Assembly: GCA_028714095.1 (NCBI GenBank)
Contig: JAQTMY010000001.1
Span: forward strand, 277,804-341,803
DNA length: 64,000 nucleotides
Direction: 5' to 3'
Source of the DNA: Candidatus Nanoarchaeia archaeon
GTDB lineage: Archaea; Nanobdellota; Nanobdellia; SCGC-AAA011-G17; JACPNG01
A program made the translations under genes and the position numbers. This document shows, piece by piece, positions 53,533 to 62,419 of this stretch (position 1 is the stretch's first letter; every line of letters begins with the position of its first letter). The notes under the pieces were generated by a model. It searched no databases, was not told where the DNA came from, and saw nothing but the letters and a program-made list of their open reading frames with translations.

Positions 53533-55335
53533 TTATTTACAATCTCTTCTATATTTACAAAGGAATCCAGGGTTATTTTTTGGGTCTGGATGGCAATTCA
53601 GATTAAGAACTACCACATCGCATTCATAATTTCTAGCTGAAAATTCTTTTTTACGTTTGGTATCACAGCAAATTACCTCATCCTGAGACTTTTTGACTGC
53701 AGCAGGTTCTGCTGTAGTAGTTTGTACAGGTATGGAGTAACTCTTTGAAATTCTTTTTTTATCACATTTAGGGGGGTAGTCTGTACATTCATAAGTACTA
53801 TCAATAAGACACTCACAATACAAATTCTGCATCCTTGATTCCAGAGCAGTACGATAAACTGAAGATTTCTCTTTCCCCCATTCTTTATAAATTTCACTTA
53901 AACTCTTACAGGATGGATTTTTATTTTCTGCAAGGTTTTTGGGATCAACTAAGTAACTAGTTACATAGGGATTAAACAAACACCAACTATTAACTAATTT
54001 ATTATTAAACAACAAATTAGTACATAACCCTCCTGTTGCTCCCCCTGTTATATCTGATACCATCTCTCCAGAAATCTTATTAGTTCCGGTAGTGCATTTA
54101 CTAAATCCGTTTTCATTTGCAGTCAAATAATACCCGTCGTTTGTATACTTCATAGAAAAACATGGATTATTTACTTTTCCAGGTTCATTCATGTCTAAAA
54201 GAAATTGTCCATTGTCCATTGTCAATCCATAATCTTTTCCTTCGCATTTTTTCTCAAATTTCAAAGATTGACCTTTAAATTCGTAAGCAGGAATACCAGC
54301 ACTAGTTCCTAACTCCAAGAAATAAGAATCTGCTTCGCATTCTTTGTTGTTTAAACACAAAAGCTGGTCTTTTTTAAGTTTTAATGTTGGGCCCTTGCCG
54401 TCCTCTAAAATAATATTGCAGTCTCTTCCATAACAAACAATATTTCTCTTTTCCTCCTTCTTGACATTGATGATTGGATTTTGTTTTGCTTTCTCACAAT
54501 TTAATGAAACATCAGACAGAAAATTATAGCTGACCTCACACCCGGCAGGAACAGTGTTTAAATAAACATCAAATATCGGGGAAGGAATTATTAGACTATA
54601 GGTATCTTTTCCAATTCTTAGATAAATATCCTTAAGGTCTAATCTTTTAATATCTTTATCATTTACTATTTCAAATTCAAATGTACTCCCAGAAGCAAGA
54701 TTATAGAATTTGTATTCTTTGTTGTTAATCCTGAAATTAACTTTACTAGTACTCTTTACAGCATTAAGCTCAATTATTTTTTTATTATCCTTATCTGTAT
54801 AATAATCAAACTCAACTTCGTTAAGCAATGTAAATGCTTCTTTATTCCCATCTAATCCTAAAAATATATTTAAATTTTTAAGGTTCTCCTGGTTTTCTCC
54901 CTTGTATTCTGCATTCTTGGTTTTACATCCAGTTATCTTTGTAATCTGTAAATCCTTTATGCTTTTCTTTTCCTTGTCTACATCCATTGAGAATAATATG
55001 TTACAATATCCTTCTCTTGTGTCTATATCCTTTACAACATTCCCTGTTGCTGGCTGGTTAGTTTTACTTGATTCAAATAATTCCGTTGCTATTGCTTTAA
55101 CCTCTCCAATTCTACTTGCTGATTCTTTGTCTAACAAGCTTACAATTGAAATTGTTCCTGTTATCACATCACCTGTAACAATTGTTTCAGCTAATCCAAA
55201 ATAACTTGCCATTTGCTGGAAATCCTCTCCAGCTAATCCTGATTGCCCAACCATAAATAAACCCTTTACTATTTCAGCATGAGCAATACCAAGACTAAGC
55301 AAAATTACAATTCCTAAAACAATTATTTTTTTCAT
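53533..55335 (-). CDS. Secreted Cys-rich protein (600 aa), unknown function
   Basis: Sec signal MKKIIVLGIVILLSLGIAHA, many Cys in the C-terminal half, ATGA overlap with the upstream pilin-like gene. Confidence 0.55.
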   Translation of the reverse strand: MKKIIVLGIVILLSLGIAHAEIVKGLFMVGQSGLAGEDFQQMASYFGLAETIVTGDVITGTISIVSLLDKESASRIGEVKAIATELFESSKTNQPATGNVVKDIDTREGYCNILFSMDVDKEKKSIKDLQITKITGCKTKNAEYKGENQENLKNLNIFLGLDGNKEAFTLLNEVEFDYYTDKDNKKIIELNAVKSTSKVNFRINNKEYKFYNLASGSTFEFEIVNDKDIKRLDLKDIYLRIGKDTYSLIIPSPIFDVYLNTVPAGCEVSYNFLSDVSLNCEKAKQNPIINVKKEEKRNIVCYGRDCNIILEDGKGPTLKLKKDQLLCLNNKECEADSYFLELGTSAGIPAYEFKGQSLKFEKKCEGKDYGLTMDNGQFLLDMNEPGKVNNPCFSMKYTNDGYYLTANENGFSKCTTGTNKISGEMVSDITGGATGGLCTNLLFNNKLVNSWCLFNPYVTSYLVDPKNLAENKNPSCKSLSEIYKEWGKEKSSVYRTALESRMQNLYCECLIDSTYECTDYPPKCDKKRISKSYSIPVQTTTAEPAAVKKSQDEVICCDTKRKKEFSARNYECDVVVLNLNCHPDPKNNPGFLCKYRRDCK

Positions 55336-56018
55336 ATTGCAAATACAAACTTCAAGCTCTCCATATCATACATAAATGAATCATCATAAATTATTATCAA
55401 AGTATTTTTATCTAATTCAGCTACCTCAACCCTTAAATCTTTTTGCGTTGCAGAATCTATAATACAACTTATACAGAATTCTGGTTTTTTGCTTTCTTCA
55501 GATATTATTTTTCCTAAGTTATACATCTCATAGACTCTTGCATCAAACTCTGCAAGATATTCTTCATCTATTTCATAGGTTTTATCATCTTTAATTACCT
55601 TTAATGGATATCTAAAGTTTACATTTACCTTATCATCAATTGTAAATTCTGCTGCTGGATTTCCTCTTTCAACTTCATATCCAGTCAAATCAACACAATA
55701 ATCAATATTATATTCTACATATTTGTTTAGACTTTCTTCTATTTCTTTGATTGTAGTATAATCTTTAAGGTAAGCAAATCCTTCCACGTTGTTTTTTATG
55801 TCAGGATACTGACCTCCATAGAATAAAACTTCATATAAAGCATCATTTCCAATCATTTCTAAACAATTTTGTATATTTTCAGGAATTTGATTAAATTCTT
55901 CAGGAGTTTTAGTTATTTCTTTTTGGATTTGACCTTTGAAAATCAATAATAAACCAACAATAACAACTATGATAATTCCAATAATAATAAATAAAGTTAC
56001 CTGGCCTCTTTTACTCAT
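55332..56018 (-). CDS. Pilin-like (class III signal peptide) protein
   Basis: MSKRGQVTLFIIIGIIIVVIVGLLLIF. Paralogous to the N-terminal part of ORF 20223-22136 (EIE..L..YV..N.D.C motif region). Confidence 0.6.
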   Translation of the reverse strand: MSKRGQVTLFIIIGIIIVVIVGLLLIFKGQIQKEITKTPEEFNQIPENIQNCLEMIGNDALYEVLFYGGQYPDIKNNVEGFAYLKDYTTIKEIEESLNKYVEYNIDYCVDLTGYEVERGNPAAEFTIDDKVNVNFRYPLKVIKDDKTYEIDEEYLAEFDARVYEMYNLGKIISEESKKPEFCISCIIDSATQKDLRVEVAELDKNTLIIIYDDSFMYDMESLKFVFAI

Positions 56019-56053
56019 GATTAATCTAGGGAAATACTAACTTATAAAATTTG

Positions 56054-56680
56054 CTAAAAGAAACCGCTTCCAGGATACTGGTCATCGTAATCAACATCAT
56101 CAATTACTTCTTCTACCCTCTTTATTGTTTTTTCTTTTTTGTCTTCAGGGATCTTTGATATTATCTTCTTGGCAAGCTTTTCAGGATCCTTTAATTCTTT
56201 AGGAACCCATTCAAATGAAATTTTATCATCTTTGTACCTTGGAATAATATGAACTAAAACATGCGGGGCATTTTGTCCTGCAACCGCACCATTAGCAACA
56301 AATATGTTTGTTCCTTCAGCGTTTAAACCCTCAAAGATTCCAACTCCTATTTTATTTGCAATCAGAAATAGTTCTTTTATTGAGTAATCATCCATCTGCC
56401 CCAAAACCTTGAAATGTTTTTTTGGAAATAATATTACATGCCCTGGATTTGCAGGATTAATGTCAAGAACAGCCATAAAATCAGAATTTTCAAAAACTTT
56501 TGTGGCCTGTATATTTCCCTGAGATATTAAGCAAAAGATACATTTGCCCTCATTCATTTCATTAACTTCGTCTTCACTCATCCCAGAAATAATTTCTTGT
56601 AATTTTTTCTCTTTTTCAGCTTCACTCAGACCAGCTAGTTGAGATTGTATCTTGGCTATTTTTTCTTCACTCAAAACCAT
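56054..56680 (-). CDS. HIT-family nucleotide hydrolase/transferase
   Basis: CIFCLI, NPANPGHVILFPKKHF and histidine triad HVLVHIIPR. ATG at 56680 abuts the ef1b stop. Confidence 0.8.
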   Translation of the reverse strand: MVLSEEKIAKIQSQLAGLSEAEKEKKLQEIISGMSEDEVNEMNEGKCIFCLISQGNIQATKVFENSDFMAVLDINPANPGHVILFPKKHFKVLGQMDDYSIKELFLIANKIGVGIFEGLNAEGTNIFVANGAVAGQNAPHVLVHIIPRYKDDKISFEWVPKELKDPEKLAKKIISKIPEDKKEKTIKRVEEVIDDVDYDDQYPGSGFF

Positions 56681-56681
56681 T

Positions 56682-56957
56682 TTAACCAAAGGCTCTTGAA
56701 ACCTGAATTGTTTCAATACTACTGATTTCTTCTAGATTTTTAAGGTTTTCCTCTAGGTCATCATAGTTACCTATGGCTTCATCCATGGCAAATCTCGTTA
56801 TAATTGCCTTGATTCCGAATGCAACATCCTCTATATCCATTCCTAACAATTTAAATTTAGAACTTTCTATTTCTTTTTTTATTTTTTTCTTGGCCTCATT
56901 GATATCTGTATCTGGCTCTGCAAGAACACACTTAAGGGTTACAACAACATCAGCCAT
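56682..56957 (-). CDS. ef1b: Elongation factor aEF-1 beta
   Basis: MADVVVTLKCVL..DIEDVAFGIKAIITRF pattern; 91 aa. Confidence 0.85.
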   Translation of the reverse strand: MADVVVTLKCVLAEPDTDINEAKKKIKKEIESSKFKLLGMDIEDVAFGIKAIITRFAMDEAIGNYDDLEENLKNLEEISSIETIQVSRAFG

Positions 56958-56959
56958 TT

Positions 56960-57133
56960 TTAGTTTGGACCCTCAAAATTGCAGCTATGACATTTATATC
57001 TTGCGCCTATTTTTCTGCATTCAGAACATCTTATGATTTCTACCTCACCGCAGTTAGGGCACATAAACTTGCTTGAACCTATATCATTGATAATTTCCTT
57101 TTTGCATGATGTGCAATGTAATTTCTTTTTCAT
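56960..57133 (-). CDS. Double zinc-ribbon protein (COG2888-like, usually linked to ef1b)
   Basis: Hand translation: MKKKLHCTSCKKEIINDIGSSKFMCPNCGEVEIIRCSECRKIGARYKCHSCNFEGPN. Not in the ORF track. Confidence 0.6.
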   Translation of the reverse strand: MKKKLHCTSCKKEIINDIGSSKFMCPNCGEVEIIRCSECRKIGARYKCHSCNFEGPN

Positions 57134-57155
57134 GTCGTTTTTGTTAAATATAGCA

Positions 57156-57163
57156 TTTATAAA
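57156..57163 (-). promoter_or_regulatory. TATA box TTTATAAA
   Basis: Lies 23-30 nt upstream of the ATG at 57133. Confidence 0.45.
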
Positions 57164-57207
57164 CTTTTTGATAAGGTATAAAAACAGGTAAAATATAGGT
57201 TTTTTAG

Positions 57208-57280
57208 GCCCCTATCGTCTAGTCGGATAGGACACAAGTTTGCGGAACTTGCAACCCAGGTTCAAATCCTGGTGGGGGCA
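57208..57280 (+). tRNA. tRNA-Arg(GCG)
   Basis: Hand fold: acceptor GCCCCTA/TGGGGGC, anticodon stem CAAGT/ACTTG, loop TTGCGGA, T-arm CCAGG-TTCAAAT-CCTGG. Confidence 0.85.
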
Positions 57281-57427
57281 TTTAACTTGAAGTTAAAGAA
57301 ACCAAAGAACTTTAGCCGATTTGCAGGACTATTCTAAGAGATAGGACCTATGTCCCAAGGATCTGCAGCAAAATCTAAAACAAATAATATTTAAATGGGA
57401 TTCTTTTAATATTATTAAGGGTGAAAA

Positions 57428-58540
57428 ATGATTATTAAAATAATTCTTTATCATGCAATTATAATCCTGGCTATTTTAGCAGTATTACTTTACCATGTAC
57501 CAGTTATTTGGGTGATTATTAGTGCATTAATAATTTTAATTGCAATTACTTTTCACCCATTTAGGCTTTCCGCTGAAAGTATCCCTAAGGGGTTCACTGA
57601 AAAGAAATTTAACACCGGAAAAATAACTTTAAACTATGTTGAAGGTCCTAATAATGGTCCCCCACTATTGTTAATTCCGGGTCAAATGGAATTTTGGCAG
57701 GGATATAAATTAGTAATCCCTAATTTTTCAAAAAATTATCATGTTTTTGCGGTGGATATTAGGGGACATGGAAAATCAACACATACTCCTAGAAAATATT
57801 CTTATAATACAATTGGAGAAGACCTTAAATTATTCTTAGAAAGAGTTACTAAAAAACCTACAATTGTTTCTGGGCTTTCTTCGGGAGCTATCCTTTCTCT
57901 TTGGTTGGCTGCAAACGCACCAAAATATGTATCTGCAATAATAAGTGAAGACCCTCCACTTTTTTCATCAATGTATCCTAGAATCAAAAAAGAAAAGTAT
58001 ATGTATAGACTATTTGAAACTGCAATAGAAACTCTTGGAAAACCAAAGAGAGATATAAAGGGTTTTTTTCAAAAACAAGGAATTCCAATAAAAGGAAAAG
58101 AAGAACTTCTTATGATGCCTTCGTTTATAGCAGCCTATATCTCAATAAGTTTTAAGTTAAATAAAAAATTGCGTCCCTCAAAAAAATATGACTTACTTAA
58201 TGCTAGATTTGATCAGAGAGTTGGTTTAAAGTTCATAAGTGAATATGATGTTGATTTTTCAAAAGCTACAATTGATGGAAGATTAACTAAAGGATTTAAT
58301 CCAGAAAATACCTTAAGAAAAATAAAATGCCCAATGTTATTAATTCATGCATATTGGTCAAGAGATAAAAATTGGGGATTGCTTGGAGCATTGGATGATA
58401 AAGATGCAGAAAAAATTTGCTCAATTGTGAAGAACTTAAAGTATATAAAAGTAAATGCTATACATGATGTTCATTTAGCAAAACCAAAGATATTTATCAA
58501 AGTTGTAAATGATTATCTGGATAATTTAAGTATCTCTTGA
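57428..58540 (+). CDS. Membrane-anchored alpha/beta hydrolase
   Basis: Two N-terminal TM helices, oxyanion region LLLIPGQ, VDIRGHGKS, nucleophile elbow GLSSG. Confidence 0.7.
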   Translation: MIIKIILYHAIIILAILAVLLYHVPVIWVIISALIILIAITFHPFRLSAESIPKGFTEKKFNTGKITLNYVEGPNNGPPLLLIPGQMEFWQGYKLVIPNFSKNYHVFAVDIRGHGKSTHTPRKYSYNTIGEDLKLFLERVTKKPTIVSGLSSGAILSLWLAANAPKYVSAIISEDPPLFSSMYPRIKKEKYMYRLFETAIETLGKPKRDIKGFFQKQGIPIKGKEELLMMPSFIAAYISISFKLNKKLRPSKKYDLLNARFDQRVGLKFISEYDVDFSKATIDGRLTKGFNPENTLRKIKCPMLLIHAYWSRDKNWGLLGALDDKDAEKICSIVKNLKYIKVNAIHDVHLAKPKIFIKVVNDYLDNLSIS

Positions 58541-58611
58541 ACCATCTATAAATTCCATGTCCACCTTGTCCAAGATGTCTAACCTTTTTTCTATTTATTA
58601 TTTCCAAAGAA

Positions 58612-58761
58612 TTATTTTTTATTAAATTCCCAAATTGCAAGGGTGGTTAATGCAACTATGGAAACTCCCACAGAAACCCAAGGATTCCACATAGCAGAGT
58701 ATAAAACTATAAGTGCTGCAATTACTGTAAAAGTTCCTTTCTGTTCATTTGTTTTTTTCAT
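58612..58761 (-). CDS. 49-aa membrane peptide (hypothetical)
   Basis: Hand translation: MKKTNEQKGTFTVIAALIVLYSAMWNPWVSVGVSIVALTTLAIWEFNKK. Competes with plus-strand ORF 58643-58852. Confidence 0.25.
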   Translation of the reverse strand: MKKTNEQKGTFTVIAALIVLYSAMWNPWVSVGVSIVALTTLAIWEFNKK

Positions 58762-58965
58762 AATATTATTTAATAATAGTATTTATAAATTTATAGAAAT
58801 AGTAAATTTAGTAATATTTTGTTATACTTCTACAAACCTGCAAGCGGCTTAATTACTTTAAATCTGATATTTATTAATCGTGGGGGCATTATATCTTATT
58901 AAAGAATTCTTTCACAGCAATACTTATTTATTTCTTAATATACATCCATATACTATATTAAAATT

Positions 58966-58991
58966 AAAAAAGGGGCTTGACAGCCAGCCCC
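58966..58991 (-). terminator. Hairpin plus T-run after the Zn-ribbon ORF
   Basis: GGGGCT (58972-77) pairs with AGCCCC (58986-91). A run of 6 T follows on the minus strand (58966-71). Confidence 0.4.
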
Positions 58992-59013
58992 TTGAAAGAA
59001 TAACTTCAGGAAG

Positions 59014-59376
59014 TTATTTCTTTGATATGTCTTCCTGCAAGGGTTCATAGCGGAAGCAGAAGTTTTCATTAGGATTACATACTGCCTCTGGATGGACACT
59101 ATATCCATCTGGAATATGCAATCCACACGTTGGGCAATTCCGTTCCCACTCGCCTTCTTTTTTCGGATATCTTGCTCCGCACTTCGGGCAAAATATTTCC
59201 AAAAATAGGTTTGCAAGAAATCCGCCCTTATCCAAGTGAGAATTCCCGCAGAATGGGCACTTTTTGGGATTCAGCAACGCTTCATCAGACGGCAGCTGTT
59301 TCTTTAGTTTTTCCTGAACCGAAGCTGCATCCATTCCATGACCCACCATATTAAACCTTGGATTTGTTACACACAT
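59014..59376 (-). CDS. Multi-zinc-ribbon protein, unknown function
   Basis: CPFCG.., CPKCG.., CPTCG.. motifs. AAGGAG 8 nt upstream of the ATG. One 60-nt line inside counts 47% GC. Confidence 0.45.
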   Translation of the reverse strand: MCVTNPRFNMVGHGMDAASVQEKLKKQLPSDEALLNPKKCPFCGNSHLDKGGFLANLFLEIFCPKCGARYPKKEGEWERNCPTCGLHIPDGYSVHPEAVCNPNENFCFRYEPLQEDISKK

Positions 59377-59539
59377 AGACTTAACTCCTTCCTGGATCTT
59401 TCGACCCGGTTAAAAATTAGATTAGTTTGATTTTTAGTAAAATTTAAAAAAATTCAGGGGTATTCCAGTCTTAGATTGAAAAGTAATTAAACAAAACCAT
59501 AGTATAAAAACCTTTCCATTTCAAAAAAATAAAAGGAAA

Positions 59540-60601
59540 CTAAAATAAAGTTTCCCTGTTTAATGGAAATGCAGTTGAATGTCTTATGTCTGAAGCCTTA
59601 AGTATTGCCTGTGTAACCCGGTTTATTCCAATCCCGCATCCAGCATGCCTTATTGGTTTTTCTTTTATTATATTCAGATACCATTCAAAGCGTTTCTCAG
59701 CTTCCTCATTAATTTTTCCTTCATTGACTCCAACAAATTTTTGTTCATTCTTGATTTCCTCTTTCAGTAGTCTTAGCATGTCAGATTCCCTTAGTCTTTT
59801 AAGTAATATCTTAAAGTCTTCTTCTCTTTCTGCAGCTCCAACCGCTTCTCCACTATAAGGCATAATTAAGTCCATGCTGTTAACAACAAGATTCTCAGTC
59901 CTATTCAACCTCATATTAAAGAATTTAATTTGCTGTGGATAATGTGTTATGAATAAGGGTTTTCCATTGTTTAATCTAACTAGTTCTTGCTCATGTTCTG
60001 CTTTAAGATCATCACCAAACTTTAATCCAAAAGAATTTAACTTTTTTATTGCTTCTTTGTATTCTATTGAATTATAGGGCGGCTTAAGTTCGTCTAGATG
60101 TAAGGTATTCCCTGTTAAATGTCTAAGTTCATTGTAACAATTTTTTTCTACGTAATCAATCATGTTCCCAAATATATTACTTATTTCTGTTTTTAATTTT
60201 TCTAAGTCACAGTCTGCAACTTCAATCTCAAACAAAGGGAACTCGCATAAATGTCTTTCATCAGCTTTTTGTTCTTTTCTAAAACTTGGTCCCCAGCAAT
60301 AAGTTTTCCCAAAGGATTCCATAAAAGCTTCCAGCATTAGTTGTCCTGTTTGGTTAAGGTAGGCTGTTTCTTCAAATAAACTTGTTGAAAACAAAGTTGA
60401 AAAATTTTCACAAGCTCCGGTAGCTTTAGTAAGATGGGGTACTAATATTAATTGATATCCTTTATCCTCGCAGTATTTTGATGCACCTTTTATCAATGAA
60501 GCCTCCACCCTTGCAATCATTGCTACTTCTGGTAGAACAACTCTTTGTTCTATTTTATTTATTAGTTTTTCTTTTATTTCTTGTTTCATTTCTTCCTCCA
60601 T
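59540..60601 (-). CDS. Class II aaRS-like catalytic core (AsnRS/AspRS paralogue; archaeal asparagine synthetase A-like)
   Basis: Motif 2 FRKEQKADERHLCEFPLFEIE and motif 3 GCGIGINRV. No N-terminal OB anticodon-binding domain (353 aa). Confidence 0.65.
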   Translation of the reverse strand: MEEEMKQEIKEKLINKIEQRVVLPEVAMIARVEASLIKGASKYCEDKGYQLILVPHLTKATGACENFSTLFSTSLFEETAYLNQTGQLMLEAFMESFGKTYCWGPSFRKEQKADERHLCEFPLFEIEVADCDLEKLKTEISNIFGNMIDYVEKNCYNELRHLTGNTLHLDELKPPYNSIEYKEAIKKLNSFGLKFGDDLKAEHEQELVRLNNGKPLFITHYPQQIKFFNMRLNRTENLVVNSMDLIMPYSGEAVGAAEREEDFKILLKRLRESDMLRLLKEEIKNEQKFVGVNEGKINEEAEKRFEWYLNIIKEKPIRHAGCGIGINRVTQAILKASDIRHSTAFPLNRETLF

Positions 60602-60843
60602 AGATAGTCCATACTATCTTTTTCTTTTTTGACTGAAAGGTTTAGAGTTTTAACTAGGGTAAAAACAAATCCCCCTAGAAAAAACCCAGTTCAGTCTACT
60701 TACTGGAATACTAAAAAATTAATTAAAAAATATGAAACAAATTGATTTAGGATAAAATTAAAATTGGTTAGGATTATTTTTTTCATCCTAAAATTATTAA
60801 AAATTTCTTTACATATATAAACTTTTCTAAATATTAAAAATCC

Positions 60844-61368
60844 TTAATCAAAAAAATCCCAAAAAACACTAAAACCCATCAACCTAAACTTTAAAAGATT
60901 AATTTTTTTAGAACCCAGATTAAAAAAACTATCAACATGCTCAACAGTCAGATATTCAATATTATCATGGTCTATAATCTTATGGGCTATAAATCTTAAA
61001 TCTGTTCCTAAGATGTCTACATCAACTATCTTCCTTTCATATAAATTAAAATAAACCGCATTTCTGTCTCCTCCATCACTTATTTCAACAGTAGCATATT
61101 CTTCTCCTTTTTCATTATAATCAACTCTCTTGACAGAAACATACAAGGTCTTGTTATTTATTGTAATTGGAATTTCTGATCCAACAATGTTATAATAGTA
61201 AGTTACTCTGTTTGGTTCTGAAAAATCATGAATAGGCATATCTTTTGTTCTTATTTGTAGTTCTGGATATCTTACAAAATTAGGAAGATCCCAGTGATTT
61301 CTTAGTGGAGCAATAACTGTGGGGGTTATTAAGATAAATAACAAGATTAAAACCAAACCCCTTTTCAT
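60844..61368 (-). CDS. Secreted hypothetical protein
   Basis: N-terminus MKRGLVLILLFILITPTVIAP could be a Sec or a class III-like signal. Confidence 0.45.
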   Translation of the reverse strand: MKRGLVLILLFILITPTVIAPLRNHWDLPNFVRYPELQIRTKDMPIHDFSEPNRVTYYYNIVGSEIPITINNKTLYVSVKRVDYNEKGEEYATVEISDGGDRNAVYFNLYERKIVDVDILGTDLRFIAHKIIDHDNIEYLTVEHVDSFFNLGSKKINLLKFRLMGFSVFWDFFD

Positions 61369-61463
61369 AAAAAAATAAAAGAAATAAGATTATAAAAGAT
61401 TAACTAAACTTTTCTAATCTTTTTAAGTCAGGTAAAATAAACAAAATTTAGGTTTTATGATAT

Positions 61464-62417
61464 TTATTCCTCATCTTCTAATCCTTTTTCTGTGACTCTG
61501 AAAACAACCTCTCCATCTGGAAGATGCGGACTGTCAATAAGTTTAGCAACTCTCGTTCCTTTCTTTCCTTTTCTTAGGTAAATTCTTGTCTGGCTGTTAT
61601 GTCCGACAATGTTTCCACCAATTGCAGCAGTAGGATCTCCAAAGAAAACATCCGGCCTTGCCATAACTTGATTAGTTACATAGACAGCCAAGTTATACTG
61701 GTTAGCCAGTCTCATCAAAGTATGCATGTGCTTGTTTAGTTTTTGTTGTCTGTCAGCTAATTGTCCTCTTCCTGAAAAGTCAGCTCTAAAATGACTTGTC
61801 AAAGAATCGATTATAACAAGTTTTATGTTTTCTTTCTTGCATAGGTCTTCTGCTTTTTCAGACAATAACATTTGATGGTCTGAGTTAAATGCTCTTGCTA
61901 CATGAATGTTTCTTAGTATCTGTCCTGAATCCAATCCCATACCATTTGCAATCTGTATTATCCTTTCAGGCCTGAATGTAGATTCACCATCAATAAAAAT
62001 TACTTTTCCATCAGCTCCGCCTTTTTCTTTAGGTAGTTGGGTTGTTACAGCAAGTATATGGGCTATCTGGCTTTTAGAAGCACCGAATTCACCAAAGCAT
62101 TCTGAAATGCTTCCTGTTTCAAATCCTCCCCCTAATAAAGCGTCGAGATTTTTGCTTCCTGTTGTTATCTTGACTATGTCTTCTCTTTTTTTAAGCAAGT
62201 CCTCTCCAGACTCAAAACCCATGCTAAGTCCTTCTCTTGCAGCTCTTATTATTTTTCTTGCAGTAGCTTCAGTCACACCAGCAACATTGACTAATTCTCC
62301 AGGAGTTGAAACAGCCAGGCTCATCAAATTATCAAAACCTGCATCGTTTAATTTTTCTGCTGTTGCAGCTCCGACTCCAGGCAAATCTTTAATTGTAATT
62401 TCTTTTTTCTCAGCCAT
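61464..62417 (-). CDS. radA: DNA repair and recombination protein RadA
   Basis: N-terminal HhH region [13 protein letters not shown]. Core [32 protein letters not shown]. Confidence 0.9.
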   Translation of the reverse strand: MAEKKEITIKDLPGVGAATAEKLNDAGFDNLMSLAVSTPGELVNVAGVTEATARKIIRAAREGLSMGFESGEDLLKKREDIVKITTGSKNLDALLGGGFETGSISECFGEFGASKSQIAHILAVTTQLPKEKGGADGKVIFIDGESTFRPERIIQIANGMGLDSGQILRNIHVARAFNSDHQMLLSEKAEDLCKKENIKLVIIDSLTSHFRADFSGRGQLADRQQKLNKHMHTLMRLANQYNLAVYVTNQVMARPDVFFGDPTAAIGGNIVGHNSQTRIYLRKGKKGTRVAKLIDSPHLPDGEVVFRVTEKGLEDEE

Positions 62418-62419
62418 TC

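Noticed and set aside
57281-57427. Possible small RNA downstream of tRNA-Arg (TTAACTT-G-AAGTTAA hairpin and a moderately GC-rich stretch)
   Set aside because: Only short local hairpins are present and no recognisable RNA family motif. It may simply be the terminator and promoter spacer.
58643-58852. 69-aa plus-strand ORF versus the 49-aa minus-strand peptide
   Set aside because: Neither has family support. The plus ORF starts with GTG/TTG and is low complexity. Only the minus peptide is listed, at low confidence.
60844-61368. MKRGLVLILLFILI N-terminus as a sixth class III signal
   Set aside because: It fits an ordinary Sec signal (n-h-c regions with TVIAP) equally well and has no +1 Gln/Ala. 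It is left as generic secreted.
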